Below, piece after piece: positions 61,584 through 64,000 of a DNA stretch of 64,000 bases. The translations under genes were made by a program, and so were the position numbers. The DNA is taken from assembly GCA_963693365.1 (NCBI GenBank), contig CAVNZM010000015.1:372001-436000 (forward strand). The letters are read 5' to 3'. The notes beneath the pieces are model-generated. The model was not told where the DNA came from. It made no database searches and saw only the letters and a program-made list of their open reading frames with translations. Position 1 is the stretch's first letter. The number at the start of each line of letters is the position of its first letter. Source of the DNA: Amoebidium appalachense. Lineage: Eukaryota > Protista > Ichthyosporea.

Positions 61584-62361
61584 TGGGTGTCCGTGGGTGC
61601 TGGTAGGGTATCAGTCTCACGGTAGCTATGGCCTTCTTCCCTCTCCCCTGGCCCCCTTTTGGCGCTTTTCCAACCTTGCCACCTGCCTCGGCAGGGGTTT
61701 GGTTGCCTGACGCATCCGGACTGTTTGGTGCTCCCTCCGAGTTGTTTCCAGGTTGCCCTTGCTGCGAGAGACAAAAGAAGGAGGCAGAATATTGTAAGTA
61801 CAACTATGGTGCATAAAAATTGGAAAGAATGAGCAACTGACGAAGGTGAATTTGTGAGCTAAACGGCTGACTTCGTACTTAAAAGTAAGCATGCAAACAG
61901 ATCATGCTTGGTACACACCACCACAAGCTACGCACCCACCAGCTATATCCTCAACTATACACAGGTATGTACAGGAGGCAAACATGCGAGGTATGGTCAC
62001 ACGCGCATACACGTAAAGGAACCCACACACAGCCGGGTGCATGCCAAATACACAACCCTAAAGGACTTATAACACAGTAGATATACTTTACTGTAGTTGA
62101 ACCAAACAAAACCAAACCTTCCTCTCACCTGACCAGCACTATTCCCTTCACCGCACAGCCTGAGGCAGCCATTATAACACATTTCCGAGCACGACATGCT
62201 AACCCGGTGCAACAAACCACACTACTTACATTGTAATTGGAGTGTTTTATTCTCAGGTGGTTTCTTAAAGACCCCTCACTGCTGTACGACTTTCCGCACC
62301 CGCGCGGACACACAAGGTCGCGCGTTCTCTTCCTTTCCTGTGCCACACCGTGTACTTGCAT
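60501..62361 (-). CDS. Single C2H2 zinc-finger protein with a P/Q/S-rich low-complexity tail (putative transcription factor)
   Basis: Exons 62230-62361 (MQVHGVAQERKRTRDLVCPRGCGKSYSSEGSLRNHLRIKHSNYN), 61621-61761 and 60501-61388 (stop), all phase 0 with GT-AG introns; C-x3-C-x12-H-x4-H finger. The start could lie on an upstream exon. Confidence 0.82.
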
Positions 62362-64000
62362 TTTCACTGAGTGACTGGCCCTCTGAACCCGGTTATTTGT
62401 TCTAGTTTGTGGCTCTCAAGACTTGTGTTATTTCTGAATTAGAGTGTGGGGTGGGTAAGAGTGTGGGGTGGGTATATGTGCACCAAGTGCATATTCTGTA
62501 TGAAAGGCACCTGGCAAAACAAGGGCTGCAGAGAAAAAAGGTCGGAGTCGAGGACATAAAGAACCAAAAAGGCACAAAAGAAGAGGTAGAGAGAGAATCC
62601 GTGTGTGGTGAGTGTGTGCGTGCGTGCGTGTGTGTGTGTGTGGTTGTGTGTGCGTGTGTGTGCGTGTGTGTTTGTGTTTGTGAATGTGTTTGTGGGTTGT
62701 AAGTTGTATCCGGGGAGCGAGCACTGTTTTGGAACTGAGAAAAAAAAATGAAAGGAACAAGAAAGCGAAACGAAGGGAAATGGGTCTTTCCGAAGTGTGC
62801 TACTAAACCTGCCATACGTCGCGGTGTGGCCGCGGCTATTCAATGCGACAAGCACAGAGATGATTTGCAGCCAATCATGTAACTTTCAGAAACATTTTCC
62901 ATTTATGGTTCCTGATAAATAATTTTATCAGATGCAAACTCCTATTTGTGGAGACATGTGTACGATAGACCAATTATTTTGTCATGAAATATGATTACTT
63001 ATTAGATATCACTTCTATATATTGATAAAGGTTTTCCCCCTGGCAGCCAAAGAGGCTCGGCTGCAACCGTCCTCGGCAGTGTCGGCATCTTGTGTGGAGA
63101 TTTGGGTGGAAGTTCGGTTTGTTTTGATTGGTAGATTTCAGAATCCCTGCCTTGACAGTCCTTGTGGCCCCAAAAATGCGTAATTTTTAGGCATGATTAT
63201 GCGCCAATGCAAATACCGTCTCGCATTCGTGCTATTTATCATATCAAAATGAACTTTCCAAGGATATAACCGTTGACGGTTCGCCACAATGCCTCACGGG
63301 TGATCATGGTCAACCCTTGATCAGTTACAAGTTTTGTAGAGTCTAGTAATGGTCTAAGTAGATTTTACCATAAGCACATATACACAGTTAGACACATGAT
63401 ATGTTCATTATGAAGATTTAGTCAAAAGTCAGTTAGGCCGTCGTTGAACCAATGAAAAATCGTTCTCAAACCCACGGCACGCAGATCTAGCCGCCATTCA
63501 TGTATTGCTGTTACAAATAACTCTCGCCACAGTAGCAAACTGCAGCTCTGCAAAAACTATCTGCGCTATTTGCTTTGTTATGATAGAAATTTTTACATCA
63601 CTATCTCTAGTATTATACCATGGCAATTCAGCCCCAGCCTGGGCGCCTTGTGGCACAGTATCATTCTGTACCACATAATCTAAATGTGCATACATATCCG
63701 ATTTGTCCCCCGGCGGGGCCCTGAGTCGCGATAGCTTCAGCAGCGTGTTGCCAGAGCTGCATGCGTAGCTTCCCAATAGGAATATTTTTACACAATACGG
63801 CGGGCTCAAGTCTTATATAAATTGTCCTTCCACATATATTTATAGATCTTTTCATTTTTTTTGTACCTTTTTAAACTGTTCTAATAAGCCATTTAATAAT
63901 AAACGGGCCCAACGACGGGCTTTTTATCCGTTTCTCACCCTGGTGACCAGGAGGCGCCGCGGGCAGCAGCTTGCGTTCGGCCTCCCTAAACGCCTAAGCA

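Noticed and set aside
63498-63855. Short minus-strand ORFs at the right edge
   Set aside because: Non-ATG or short, with no recognisable domain or splice support.
63901-63933. Rho-independent terminator-like hairpin GCCC-AACGAC-GGGC-TTTTT
   Set aside because: Only a 4-bp core stem, in a eukaryotic context with no upstream plus-strand gene.

Overview
Eukaryotic genomic DNA with spliceosomal GT-AG introns that are saturated with simple repeats ((CA)n/(GT)n, (GCAC)n, (GA)n, G/C homopolymers). Almost all ORFs in the six-frame track (HTHT.., CVCV.., poly-G/P) are repeat read-throughs. By walking splice sites and checking intron phases by hand I reconstructed six genes. (1) An EDR2-like PH-START-DUF1336 lipid-transfer gene (minus, 14124 to beyond the left edge) with a hydrophobic insert in START. 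(2) An intronless secreted GH114 hydrolase (minus, 16522-17337). (3) A Gln-rich GLTSCR1/BICRA-domain gene (minus, 22336-34324). (4) A divergent intronless 398-aa orphan (plus, 34874-36070). (5) A ~26-exon gene for a Pro-rich + 4xSH3 + transglutaminase-like (intact Cys-His-Asp) + KY-type Ig protein (minus, 37375-58828). (6) A single-C2H2 zinc-finger gene (minus, 60501-62361). The most unusual signals concern the introns. Splice sites are built directly from (GT)n and (CA)n microsatellites, often with complementary intron ends. A second class of acceptors carries CCAATCA instead of a U-rich tract. A same-strand intronic element that always follows a G-run has a hairpin showing a compensatory base-pair change. 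Several homopolymer frameshifts and missing donors suggest local assembly errors near G/C runs. The taxon cannot be fixed from the sequence; a unicellular opisthokont-like protist is only a guess.
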